Shown piece by piece: positions 47,968 through 60,814 of a stretch of 64,000 nucleotides of DNA. The position numbers were made by a program, and so were the translations under genes. Origin of the DNA: Octopus sinensis (taxonomy: Eukaryota); contig NC_043005.1 of NCBI RefSeq assembly GCF_006345805.1, forward strand, positions 56,854,001 through 56,918,000. Reading direction: 5' to 3'. Position 1 is the stretch's first letter, and each line of letters opens with the position of its first letter. The notes under the pieces are model-generated. The model was not told the origin of the DNA. It worked only from the letters and a program-made list of their open reading frames with translations, and made no database searches.

Positions 47968-48780
47968 AATGGTGAAATTTGACCAATATTTCTCAAAAGA
48001 AAATTAAATTTACATGTACAAAAATATCCACAAGGCAAAATTCAAACATTGCTCTCCACATGTTAAAACAGTAAGAGGAATTAAACAACATTCTCAATAC
48101 GATGTTTCCAAGCTAATTTTGGGCTCTAGAAAACTTATATAACTCAAATAGGTGCATTTTTCCATAGAAATATATGTTTATTTAATAATCAGTTTAAACA
48201 TTTCTTGAAAATCTGGCTCATACTCAATATCTGAATTCTTGGATTTGTGTTCTGTTTGACCTCTTGCTGCACAGGTATACATCACATTGACGAGTAATGT
48301 CAGTACACCATCCTCTTTATTGACTTAGTGCTTTTTCACCATACTGTGGTCAGATTTGACAATGATAGTATTGAATTTGCCAAAAAGTTTTCTTCAATCT
48401 GATATGAAAATTGTGAAGGTAAAAATTAATGATAAAATTTTCCCTTTTATATTTCTTAACAAATATTTGACCTACCCACCATCAATTTTATATCAAAATA
48501 AAGCAAAAAATGTCCTCTTCCTGACTGAATGATTTTCAACACAATTTAAGGTATAGCACTCCAGTGCATGGAACAAGAACAAGGGCTATTGTTCAGCAGT
48601 CAAAAAAAAAAAAAAAAAGGGACAAACTTTGTGAATGGATGGAAATACCAGGGGTATTGAAGGACCCTGGCATATGTAAGTGTCAGATTTTGATCAAATC
48701 TATATAAGAAGAAAGTTCAAATGCAGAAATTTCAAACGATATATAATTTTCCATGGAAAAATGTATTTTGGCATGAAAAT
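47968..48780 (-). repeat. ~800-bp dispersed repeat, copy 2
   Basis: Colinear with 23466-24244. Confidence 0.75.
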
Positions 48781-49237
48781 GATCAATCAAAATGTGTGTT
48801 TTTGTGTGGTAATGCTGTACTCTTCTCCCTTCTACAGTGCTCTAGAGTGATATCTGATATCACTATGGTGATATATATAAAACTCAACTTGTGTATCTGT
48901 GTGTGTTTGTGTGTTTAACTTCCCGGCACATCGCCTCCTAGCCAACAAATCGTAGAACCACCAAAAATGGGTCACTTAAAGTTTAGGCGAATGATAATTG
49001 AACTGCGCTATTTCTGTTCCGAAATTCATCTCGCAAGTGCAAAAATCGATAATGTGTTTGTTTAGGCCTTATCCAATGCATTGAATAGTGAACTTTACTC
49101 AGTCAAGATATAAAAACGAATCGCCGTAAGCATTGTTGAAATTCGGCAAAGAAATGAATTTTCGGGATGTAGCCTGGAGGGTTTTTTCGTATTAATCGTT
49201 TGGACTTTGTGAACACATACTAATTATCTCTCTCTCT

Positions 49238-49623
49238 TTTCTCTCTTTTACTTGTTTCAGTCATTTGACTGCAGCCATGCTGGAGCACCGCCTTTAGTCA
49301 AGCACATTGACCCCAGAACTTATTCTTTGTAAGCCTAGTACTTATTCTATCGGTCTCTTTTTGCCGAACCGCTAAGTTATGGGGATGTAAACACACCAGC
49401 ATCGGTTATCAAGCGATGTTGGGAGGACAAACACAGACACAAACACACATATATATATATACGACAGGCTTCTTTCAGTTTCCATCTACCAAATCCACTC
49501 ACAAGGCTTTGGTCGGCCCGAGGCTATAGTAGAAGACACTTGCCCAAGGTGCCACGCAGTGGGACTGAACCCGGAACCATGTGGTTGGTAAGCACGCTAC
49601 TTACCAGACAGCCACTCCTGCAC
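49238..49623 (-). mobile_element. Full-length young CORE-like octopus SINE
   Basis: Reverse-complement match to the family, with CpGs largely intact. Confidence 0.9.
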
Positions 49624-49626
49624 CTA

Positions 49627-49993
49627 TCTATATATATAAAGCTGAAGTTGTCTGTGTATGGCAGGTTTGGTAGTCTTCAACTAACACTATCTCCTCCGAG
49701 ACCCTGCGGCGCAAGTTGACCAAAATTGAGAGTATGATAGAAGAAGACTTGCTCTTCCTTCCGTAGAAGAAAAAATTCAAATCGGACCATGTTAACACCA
49801 AAAATTATTTACATCAAAAAGGTGCTTTTTTTTCTATGAAAATCCCTATTTTTTAACGATTTTTTGACTGTCGCCAATTTTCGTGTATTTCAACCAGAAA
49901 AATGTTCACTTAAAGAGAATAACAAGCTACATAATGCAAAATTTTTACTTTTCAAAATTCCAATTCTAAAGCAATGCCGGGTGATACTGCTAG
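49627..49993 (+). mobile_element. Non-autonomous Helitron
   Basis: 5' A|TCTATATATATAAAG and 3' gcaatgccgggtgatactgCTAG|T, inserted between A and T with no TSD. Confidence 0.8.
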
Positions 49994-50899
49994 TATATAT
50001 ATAAAGCAAAACAAGACATAAGAGTGTCTTTATAAGATATTTAATTACACCCTCTTATTCACATTTCATTAACAATGAAAAAATATTTGTTATATTAGGA
50101 AAATATTATAACCTGATTGCATTGTCAATTCTTCAGAGATTGTGTAATTCTCATTAGTGATCTTTAGTAGTCATACTGAACTGCTAACAGTATCATAGAA
50201 TTGACTACTGCAACAGCTGTATAAAAGTAGGTTAAAGACTTAACTTTTATACTTAGTAGAAAGAGGAAAAAAGTATTTGTGTTGCCATTGTGTCTCTGAA
50301 TAGAGTATATTTGTATTTAAAGTTATTAAGTTTTAGTGGTCAGCTTGATATCTCTGTGATTTATCTGTTAAATGTACAAAATTTTAATGATAATGCTGAA
50401 TATTACAATGAAGCACTGATAAAAAAAATTGAATTCAATGATAAAATTAAGTACATTCTTCCTGACTAGCAGGACCTGCGAATATTTCACAGAATAAATA
50501 GTAAACCTATTGGGCTATTTCTGAAAACTTTATCCAAAAAACCTGAAAGTGTTGCCTGTGTTGTGTCTGTATCAAAAGACAGTAGCTCATCTGCTATGCT
50601 GTGGGGATGAGCTGGAAGAAGAGGGCCATGTCAATAGTCAAGGGACTGATCAGAAGGAAAGAGTGGAGGAGGGGGAAGGACAGGGTCAGCCATTTCTTGC
50701 AGCCAAGGCATTGTGAATTCACTTTTGGGTTGGTCAGATAGCAGCTGCTTTTACTGGGTGACATGGTAGGGCAGGATCGATGGAGTGACTACTACTAGAC
50801 AGGCGAAGACAAAAGAAGAAGGTAGGTGAACCTCTTTTCATTTCCCAAGCATGACAAGCTATCTCAGTAATTGTATACAGATGTCATTGCCCCCTTCAT

Positions 50900-51850
50900 A
50901 TAAGATGGCAGAGAAGATAAGGATTGGCAGTGATGTCATCAGACCATTCTATGGTGAAGGTGATGTAGTAGCCTGGATTTGAAAGGTCAAAGTTGTGGTC
51001 AGGCTATAAGGCATTGAAGATATACAGAGCCTCATGGCTCTGTATTTGGAGGGGAGTGTTCTGACACTATCTTGAAATGGATGAAGATCAAGCAGCACTT
51101 GAGAGAGGCTTACACAGATGGAGGGTAGCTGCTTTTGCTAAGCTGAGAATGATCAAAAGGAGAGGGGGACAGGTCAACGAATATGCTGCAGAGGTACAGA
51201 TGCTGGTTGTGGGGATTTGAGACAGTAACGCGACTGGCTTTTGTGAATGGCTTTCCCGATGATGTGGCAGTGCGACTACAACAGTTGCCAGGTGGCAACA
51301 AAATGGCAATGAGTGAACACATCACTGAAGTCCATGTGTTGACATAAAATACCAGGTGGAAGGCAGTTGTGATGGCAGCTGCAGAAGCCCCCAATGCTGC
51401 ATGATGGCTGGTATTTTAAGTGCCAAGGACCACACATGGCGAGGGACTGCATGGAGCCTGGACTGGTTTGCTACTGGTGCAAACAGACTGGGCATATTGC
51501 TTGAAATTGTAGCTAAGAAAAGGTCATGGGGAAGTTGTTGCCTCTCAGACTTACCCTGCAAATGAGTAGAGGCATTGGTGAAGTCACTGCCTGTAGTTGA
51601 GGTCATGGTCAGGAAAATATGTTCAAGGCCTTCATGTACATGGGCCGCACGACGACTCTCATGACCCCGAGGGTGACAAAGAAATGGAAGGGGATGAGTA
51701 GCATTCTGGTAGTCGACAGCAGCAGAATCGAATGCAAGGGTAGCAGTGACGTGGATATAGTGGTGCAAGGCACAACGCTAAGGCTGCGGGTGATTGTGAT
51801 CAACCACGTGGTAGATGGGATTGATGTGGTAATGGGGAAAAAGCACCCCA
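50900..51850 (+). mobile_element. Ty3/gypsy gag-protease relic
   Basis: MAEKIRIGSDVIRPFYGEGDVVAW, two zinc knuckles (KCQGPHMARDC; CYWCKQTGHIA.NC) and a decayed protease (KAFMYMGRTTTLM). Confidence 0.75.
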
Positions 51851-51859
51851 CAACATAGG

Positions 51860-54030
51860 TTAGTAGTTAACAACTTCAGGATCAAAGCTAAGTGGCTACC
51901 CAGAAGCTTAAGGATCTTCTGAATGGACAGAGATTTAGAGACATATTACTTGAAGATTTTGACAAAAAAGAGGAGGATATAGCATCACATAATGTGGAGG
52001 ATAACTGTAGGTTCCTACAGGACAACCTGTTGAGGGCTACTGACCAGATCTATGGCTGGTGCAAAATCCCCTCTTGACCTAAGATAACATGCTGGTGAAA
52101 CGATGTAGTTGACTGGGCCATTAGGGGAAAGAAACAAGCATGGAAGGACTAGAAATGTGGTGGTAGCAGGGAACTGTATCAGATCATCAGAAGGGAAGCT
52201 AGGAGACAGGTTTACTTAGCCAGAGGGGAAGCAGATAAGAAAAATTTGCCATTGTACTTTGTCATGAGGACTAGAGACTTGAGGTGTTTCGTATTGCAAG
52301 AAAATGTGTGAGAGAAAATTATGGACGATGGCTCACTTGCATTTAATGATGTTGCAAACAGAGAGACTTGGAGACACCACTATGAAAGGTTGCTAAATGA
52401 AGAGAATGAATAGGAGAAAAAGTGTCTGCCAAATGTCAACCAACAGAGGGACCAACTACTGGAATTGACTGTACCTTGGTAGATAAAGCAATTAAGGGTA
52501 TGAAGACAAGGAAAGCCTCTGACCCATCAGGAATCACTGCTGAAATGCTTAAAATATCTGGTGGTACAGGCTATAGTCTAGTCAACTAGGTGACACATAA
52601 AAGAATCATACCCATGGCTGGTGTAGCAGCATCATAATCAACTGCCACAAAGGTAAAGGTGACATGTTAGATAGGATTACAGAGGTATCAAATTGTTGGA
52701 ACAGGTGATGAAAGTCACACAGAGGGTCATAGTTCAACTAATTTAGGGAGAGAGTTAGTTTAGACAAGATGCAGTTTAGGCTTGTGCCAGGGAGAAGCAC
52801 CACTGATGCTATATTTCTAGTAAGATAGCTGCAGGAGAAATTCCTAGTCAAAAATAAACCTCTGTACTTGGCTTTCATTGACATGGAGAAAGCCTTTGAC
52901 AGGGTCCCCTAATCCCTATCTGGTGGTCAATGCAGAAACTAGGGATGGATGAGTGATTGGTGAGTAGTGGTGGCTTGTGTATAGGAATTGCAGAACCCAC
53001 TATTTCCACTTGATATTTTTGATAGCATTCAATATAATGAGTCCTTTTTTCTTTAATTCTTTCTTTTTATACTTGTACATCATACAATCCTTAATGTCTG
53101 TAACCATCCCCTAGTTTATGAAAAAATACAAAAATCCTTGTATAGAACTGTTCACTTCACAGTTCCAGTGATGCGGTGCTTGGCTGTTGTGTGCATCCTC
53201 AGAGTAAAAGGTAGACTGTATGATGCATGTCTGGAAACAGCCCATGCTACACAGCAGTGAAACATGGGCTGTGACTGCTGAGGACATGTGTAGGCTTGAA
53301 AGAAATGAAGCTAGTATGCTTCACTGGATGTGTAATGTCAGTGTGCATACTCAACAGAGTGTAAGTACCCTGAGAGAAAAGTTGGACAGAAGAAGAATCA
53401 GATGTGGTGCACAAGAGAGACAACTGTGCTGGTATGGTCATGTGTTGCATATGGATGAGGACAGCTGTGTTAAGAAGTGTCACACACTAACAGTGGAGGG
53501 AACCTGTGTAAGTGGTAGACCCAGGAAGACATGGGATGAAGTGGTGAAGCTCAACCTTTGAACGTTGGGCCTCACAGAGGTAATGACAAGTGACTGAAAC
53601 CTTTGGAGATATGCTGTGCTTGAGAAGACCTGACAAATCAAGTGAGATCATAGCTGTGGTCAATGCCAGTGTTGCATAACTGGCTTGTTTAAAAGTACTT
53701 TTCAATCGTTGGGCAATATGCTGTGCTTGAGAAGACCTGTTTAGTCAAGTGAAACCGTAGTCATGGCTGATGCCAGTGCTGGCTGACTGGCACCCGTGCT
53801 GGTGACACGTAAAAAGCACCATTCAAGTGTGGTCGATGCCTATGCTGCCTGACTGGCATGTATAAAGCACCCACTACACTCTTTGAGTGGTTGCTGTTAG
53901 GAAGGGCATCCAGCTGTAGAAACCTTTACAGATCAGATTGGAGCCTGGTGCAGCCTCCTGGCTTGCCAGTTCTCAGTCAAACCATCCAATCCATGCCAGC
54001 ATGGAAAGTGAACATTAAACAATGATGGTG
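51860..54030 (+). mobile_element. Old RTE LINE with a central replacement (52975-53195) and complete tail
   Basis: Colinear with the young RTE from the WKLKD region to the (GAT) tail. Confidence 0.85.
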
Positions 54031-55739
54031 ATGAAATAGAAGCTAATTTTTGTGGTAGTTTATTAACCAAGTATGCTTCTTTTTTTTCATACTTACATCA
54101 ACTAGTATTTGCTATAGAAATTACTAAAGGAGGCAAAGACTTATATAGCAAAACTATATATTAGACCTGGACACATCATGTCATGTTTCTACTCACTGAT
54201 AACACAATATCCTATTCATATTTGAATCTCAAAATTTCTTGAAAATGTGCATGGGTGTTATGCCTATGTTTATGTATTTTATTTTTAAGAAAAATCACAA
54301 TCTTCTAATCATCTAGTTCCACATGGAGATTGCACAATGCCCCAAGTGGGTGCTACTGTCAAGGAGTAGGTGATGTTATGAGACAGAGAGAAAAACAATA
54401 TTATCTGATATATATATATATATATAAGCTTTGCTAATTTTTATCATGTCCTGTTTTGGGAAATGGCTTAGAATGCTTGTGTATACTACCATTTCAGAAC
54501 CAGTCCTGGTAAACATTTCTTTTAAAGATCTTGGCAATTTATAATCTATAGAGTCAAGCAGGAAAGTTGGCAATATGGTAGAATCATTAGACTGCCAAGA
54601 AAAATGGTTCATGTTATTTCTTCTGTGTCTTTACATCCTATGTTCACTTCCTGTCTTTCATCTTTTTGAGATTAATCAAGTACCAGTCAAATACAGGGTT
54701 CAATGGCATTGACCAAGCATGGGCAACCTATTTTGGGGACACTGACATGAAATATGGTTCATCAGGCAGGCTGCACAAAAAAAAAAAAAAATATCCAAGG
54801 CAATTTTTTGTTAGGCATGTCATTCAGAAACTCTCGCAGGATGCAGTTTGCCTACGACTGGTACAGACTAAGCCCTCTTGCTCTCAAAATAGAGGTTAAA
54901 TCAGAAATTATTAATATCACACAAGCTCCTTCCTCAATGGTTCACTTACTACTTAGCTTTGCATGTCATTCATAAGGCCATTTATTAAAACACATTTCTT
55001 CAATCAGGAACGACACAAATTAGGAGGCTGCTTATAGGAGAGACGTAGAGCCAATTAAACTGATTTTCGTACATTACTAAATACTTTAATGAACTCGAAA
55101 AGATAACTGAAAACTGAATATAAACGGGGCAGATCTAAATGCTGTTAGGCCTTAAATTTCTGTTCTAAAATAAAATATAAAAAAAAAGCTTAATTCGTAT
55201 TCCATCAAGATGTATGTTGGTATTCATATTTTCACAAACGTATTAAGTATGTAAACAGGCAGCATAGAGTTGACGAAAAAAAAAATTGCATAACTGTATG
55301 TGCGTCGGAAGAGACAATTAATGGTTGAATAGACTCCAGCTGAGGATCAAACAATGGAGTTAGTCTCGTACCATATAAGGGCAAACATGCTTTTGCGCGG
55401 TCGCGATATAATGTTTTTTTTTATAAAACTTTTTATATTGTATTTATTTACTTCATAAGTCTATGTTATAACAAAATATTCAAATTCATTGAAATATTAA
55501 AAAAAAATTATTTCATATTATTTTCTAATACAACATCAGTTCCATTTTCATCAGCACTTTTCGTAGAGGCTATAAATGACTGGAGAGAAATTACAGGACA
55601 AATCGGATATGAAACCAATTCAGTGTAAAATAAGAATGGCTAATTTGTTTTAAAATTTATAATAAAGTATATATAAATATTTTTTATTTTGTATAAAGAA
55701 TAAAATAAATTTAAGAAAAGATAAATGACTGAAAGGATT

Positions 55740-56050
55740 AAAAAATGAACGAAGCTAAAAGTGTATTTGGCTTTGCGTTTCGAGACTACTGTCGGTTCTC
55801 TCTATAGTGACGTCACGAGTTCGGAAAGTGTAGGCTCGACTTATGCTGTGTGTAGCTTACGAAGTAATATCCAACCTTTTGAGGATAAGATTTATTTGTA
55901 GAAAGGGTAATGCTTATTATAACCATTTTAATAGCATCATCATCAACACAACGAGATATATATATATACACCGAGACGATTTATTCAGATAATATATGTA
56001 TATATCTATATCACTAAATCTACACCCTGACATGGCGTATGTAGTATTAG
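55740..56050. promoter_or_regulatory. Probable promoter within a CpG-retaining 55-60 kb region
   Basis: Palindromic CRE gtgacgtcac at 55807-55816, locally high CpG and a YY1-like acatggcg near 56030. Confidence 0.4.
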
Positions 56051-56458
56051 TAATAATGTCTAATAGAGAGAGAGAGGGAGAGGAAGATACAAGCTAATGG
56101 AGTCGTCGCAGGGCAAATGTGGCGTTCAAACATCCTATTAAAACTACTAGTCTCAAGCCTGGCTGTTGTAGATGTAGATAAACCGGCATTCGATCTTGTC
56201 AACTCGTTTAGACCCCCCCAAACCAAGCACTGAAAGGAGTGAAACGCACAAAATGCCAAAAAATGTATCTACAATACATATGTGTATATATGTATCTTCG
56301 GCTTGATACTATATACATATATATCTAACATGAAGCCAAAACTATCCAGATTAAATATTAGCCTTCGAATATATATATGTGTGTATGTATAAATGATAGT
56401 TATACACATAACGCTGAGTGCTGCGCAACTTAGTCGATTATATATATATATGTGTGTG

Positions 56459-56492
<34 letters not shown>

Positions 56493-57055
56493 ACCCACTT
56501 TGTATATACATAGAATACATATACTATTATTAATGGCAAACAGGCAATAATCGGGCGAGGCAAATGGCTTGCATTCTTTGAGAATACACTATATATACAT
56601 ACATATATATATGTATGTATGTATAGTGATATTAACATTTAGTTATATATAATATAAAGTGATATGTTTAAAACACCAGTGATCTGCGATTTTATATATA
56701 TATATATAATCAAAAACTACAGCGATGTACTTATCCTCACAATCATATATTTATATACACACGTGTGTGTATGTTACGTTAGTATATATATATAATGTAT
56801 GTATATACATGTGTGCATATAATGTTTTTTTAATTTTTTTTTACGTGCTGCAATGTATATCCCACGCTGTAAATGAATTATACATACATGTAAATCTACA
56901 CATTTTAGCTGAATATATATATATATATAAATATATATACACACACACATATATATATATATACTCATATATATGATGTGTATGTATATATATATATATG
57001 TATTTATATACATATACATAATTTACTATTTCTCTGTTTTATCGGATCATCTTAG

Positions 57056-57139
57056 GGAGGACCTGTCTGCCCTTGTCGCAGTAGTACTTCTGCCACAGCA
57101 CTACACCATCACCACTTTTATACAATACATCAAACCAAG
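57056..57139 (+). other. Candidate 84-bp exon of a plus-strand gene
   Basis: Pyrimidine-rich acceptor ...catcttag| and strong donor ccaag|gtatgt. Confidence 0.4.
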
Positions 57140-59710
57140 GTATGTTTTGAAGACCAGCTATTTTACTGTAGCCATATTGTACAGGATCCAATTTGGTTCC
57201 CTTCCTTTCCACCGCCCTCTCTTGCTCTTCTCTTGTGGTTTTTCTTCCTATCGATTTCTTATTTTCCGTTACCCTCTCTTTCTCTGTATTTCTCTATCTG
57301 CCTTTCTCTTTGGTACGCTGGCGGAGTAGTAGGAGGAACATATATAGATCAATATCGTCTTCGCCACCACTCCATAAATTCGTACATACACATAAAATAT
57401 ATACACCACCGAGAAAAATCTTCACGTATACATGTGTATATATATAAAGATATAGACATATACATGCAAGATTTTTCGTTTATATTTTCTTCATTATACA
57501 TCCATTACGAAGGCAACTCAGTTTCATGTATATATACACATGAACTCTACACTCATAAAAAAGAAATGTACATACTCGTTCTCTTTTTATACAGACACAA
57601 CACGATTTTGCTATCTTACGTTGCTTAGGTAGCTTTAATCCGTTGCTGTTGGTGGTCAGTAAATAGCATTAACATCCTGCTTTAAACATTTCATCATCAT
57701 CGTCTCCGTTTTTCCCGACCTTTTTTTTTCTTTCTACTCTTATATCGCTAACAATATCACTACCCTCATACGTAACCGAACCCCAAACATAGAAAGGACA
57801 CCTTACTTTGCTTCCTGATTGTAACATCGTTTGCTTACTCTTCTACGTTTGTGTTTGCGGGTAGATGATGACGGGTAGTTTTACCTCATGTTACACACAC
57901 GCATCTATTTGCATAATACATTTAATTGTATATACACCTTGGAGTATTTTTCGTGATTTTCTTGTCTAAGTAGACAGCCTTGTTGACTACCCTTCATTGT
58001 GGGCACTGCTACTGCAGATTTGAAGGGTAATAAATCCCCGTCCAGGTGGAGTGGGTATTCTTCTTTATTTTGTGTTAAATTTATATATTTTTATCAAAAT
58101 TGCCCTTACACCTGGACTTTTAAACGTCTTCGAGACAACTCGTTACGTTACATATATGTGTGTATGCAATTATCTGTCAATCATTTTGCCGTATTGTGTA
58201 TTCGTGCATATACATTTATGGGTGTGTTAGGTTTTTGTGTATTGTTGATGTGCATATAGCCATTTTAGGGTGTCGGTAAACACATAAAGGTGTTTCCCTC
58301 AATTCACCTCTAATTAAGGGTACCACACACCAACAATGTAATTACACCGGAAACTAAAATTTTGCTGTGTTTTTTTTTTTTTTGTTATCGGTAGAAGTAA
58401 TTATTTTTTCTAATTCTAATGACAAATTTGCTTAATTTTATGTGTAAACTACATAGAACAAAACACCATTACAATCAAATTAGAAATAACAATTTGCAAT
58501 CCGGATCTGCATATGTAGAGAGGCCATTATTAATATTTGTTAATCAACCGTAGTTTTTGTCTTTAAAAATCTCTCTCTCTCTCTTTTCCCTAAATCAGAC
58601 GCTCGCGAACATCTATACATACATGTCTATATATTTACACATTGTCCGCACCCTCGCATCTTGTCCTGGGAAGTTTACTTGACGGATCTTCCTCACGGTG
58701 CCCTCTTTCTAGTAGAGAAACTTGTAATTGTTATCAATAACTTATGCTGTTTCCTTTCTCTTCCCCACACTTCCAGCACCACCACCACCATACAAGAACT
58801 TTAAAGCCCGTATTTGATTTTCATCCTTTAACAGTATGTGATGATACTGTTAAAGTTTTTCTTTGTTTCTCACGTATGTAATTATTGTGTTGTTGACAGT
58901 AAGTTTTTTTCTTTTTTTTAATCAAAGGAGAAATAATTAAAAAAAAAAAAAAAAAAGAAGCCTCACAAACTTACGATTACTCAATTTTCTGTTACCTACC
59001 CCGTGGTGGTTATTTAACCTTATTTTTGTGACGAAATCCCACCAAATTCGACTGGTAAAGAATTTACATACGGCACCGTAGAACGAACACCGGTCGGTTT
59101 AGTTACATTGTTATTTTGTTAAGAAGTACATATACATATGTATAACTCTACTTTTCGTTAGTCGTGATCATGAGAGTGCTTCTATTAGACGAACTACAAT
59201 GTACTTGTGAGCTTTGTGTGTGTATGTGCATTGGTACCTTACAAACGTGTGGTACTATATATATATATGAATTTATAGAATCTCCCTTACCCCATATAGA
59301 TACAATTATGTAACGAGAAATTAATAATACAAGCGACATTTAACATACAGATAACGTGTTTCTGTTATATATTTGTGTTTGTTAAAATATTGTTCTATGT
59401 ATGCAGAGAAACACGTGATATTAAAACTTAATCAAGCAATTGTTTATCTATAATTGAAATTGCGTTTAGTTGCATTTTAAAAATGGATATACACGCTCGT
59501 TCGTGTATATACACACACATGCGTAGTGTTTTTAATTCCCACGTGTGTATAATAAAACGAATGTATGTAAAGCAAACTTCTTAATCAATCGTCCATTCCG
59601 TGGCATGTTTTTGAATTTAAAATTAAAACCATTTCTTATCTCTATACAGATTTTTTTTTCCTTATTAAAACGCTTCGTAATTGACGAATCTTCCTTATAT
59701 ATTTTTGTAG

Positions 59711-59804
59711 GTAATAGAGAGAAGAAAGAAGATTGCCTTAATTCTATAATAAATTCACGTGTGTTGGTTTCCTCGTTCCCCCTTGACACTGCCTCGGCTT
59801 GAAA
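59711..59804 (+). other. Candidate non-coding exon (94 bp) of the plus-strand gene
   Basis: Acceptor atttttgtag| and donor gaaa|gtaagt. Stops in all frames. Confidence 0.35.
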
Positions 59805-60291
59805 GTAAGTATTTCATATAAGGGTTTATCATTTTGATAAACATACATTTTTTGCTATTGTTTTTTTTTTCCCCCCGTCAAAGTCACGTAGGTGTAATCG
59901 GTCTTCTGAGAAAGCTATTATTTTCTGAACTAGGTACTTAATCGGAACATCAAGCATCTCAGTTACTATGAGAAGGGGATGTTTCCCATATATATTTTAG
60001 TTGTTATTAATTTCGTGTGTTATTTTCTCATGTTGGGCACACTGTTTTTGAGTATCCGTTTTTACCACTTCATCACGCCATACTACATTACTTAACACCT
60101 ATTATACAATACATAAGGTGTGTTACTATCGTCATTTCCTGCATTGCTTGCAGATTTAATCTAAACGTTCCTTGTGTGCCTTATAATGGTTAGCATCCCC
60201 CGTTTTTTATATATGTGATATACCTCTGCACCACCACCGCTCTAGACGCTACTCTTTAATCATTATGTGTATACACACACACATACATAGA

Positions 60292-60505
60292 CGAGGGGGT
60301 GCTGAAAAGTTCCTTGCTTTAAGGGTGTCACGAAAAGCTTGGTTGGAGGTCCAACCTTTCGAGTTCTTCTACAGGGCTTAGAAAAACTGAAAGATCGCTG
60401 CAATGAGTGTGTGAATCTGAGAGGAAAACGTGTTGAATAAAATCATAATTAACTGATCCTGTATTTTCTTTTACCCAAAGCCAGGACCTTTTTAGCACCC
60501 CTTCG
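60292..60505 (+). mobile_element. Mariner-derived MITE
   Basis: ~30-bp TIRs cgagggggtgctgaaaagttcc/ggacctttttagcaccccttcg and TA at the right end. Internal transposase C-terminus GLEKLKDRCNECVNLRGKRVE*. Confidence 0.85.
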
Positions 60506-60814
60506 TACATTACACATGCACATATCTACGCACACGATGAATAACTAACTTATTTTTACACTATTCTATAAACTTCTATATTATTCTTCAGGTAAAAGCA
60601 AAGTATATTAGCCATTTGCTGTCTAGATATCATCTTAATAAATTTTGTTCGGGTTACTGCAAGTACCAACAGGAGATGCATTACTTCGTAAACTAACGAA
60701 GCATCTACTCCTTTCTCTCTACATAGAATGGGTTAACCACTAGTTGTTTAAACATTGACCCATTTATGTTTGCAGCAATGTTTATATTCACAATGCTTGT
60801 ATTAGACTCACTCC

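Noticed and set aside
54493-54594. Minus-strand exon candidate SNDSTILPTFLLDSIDYKLPRSLKEMFTRTGSEM
   Set aside because: It has a good acceptor but a weak donor, no recognisable homology and no partner exons I could support.
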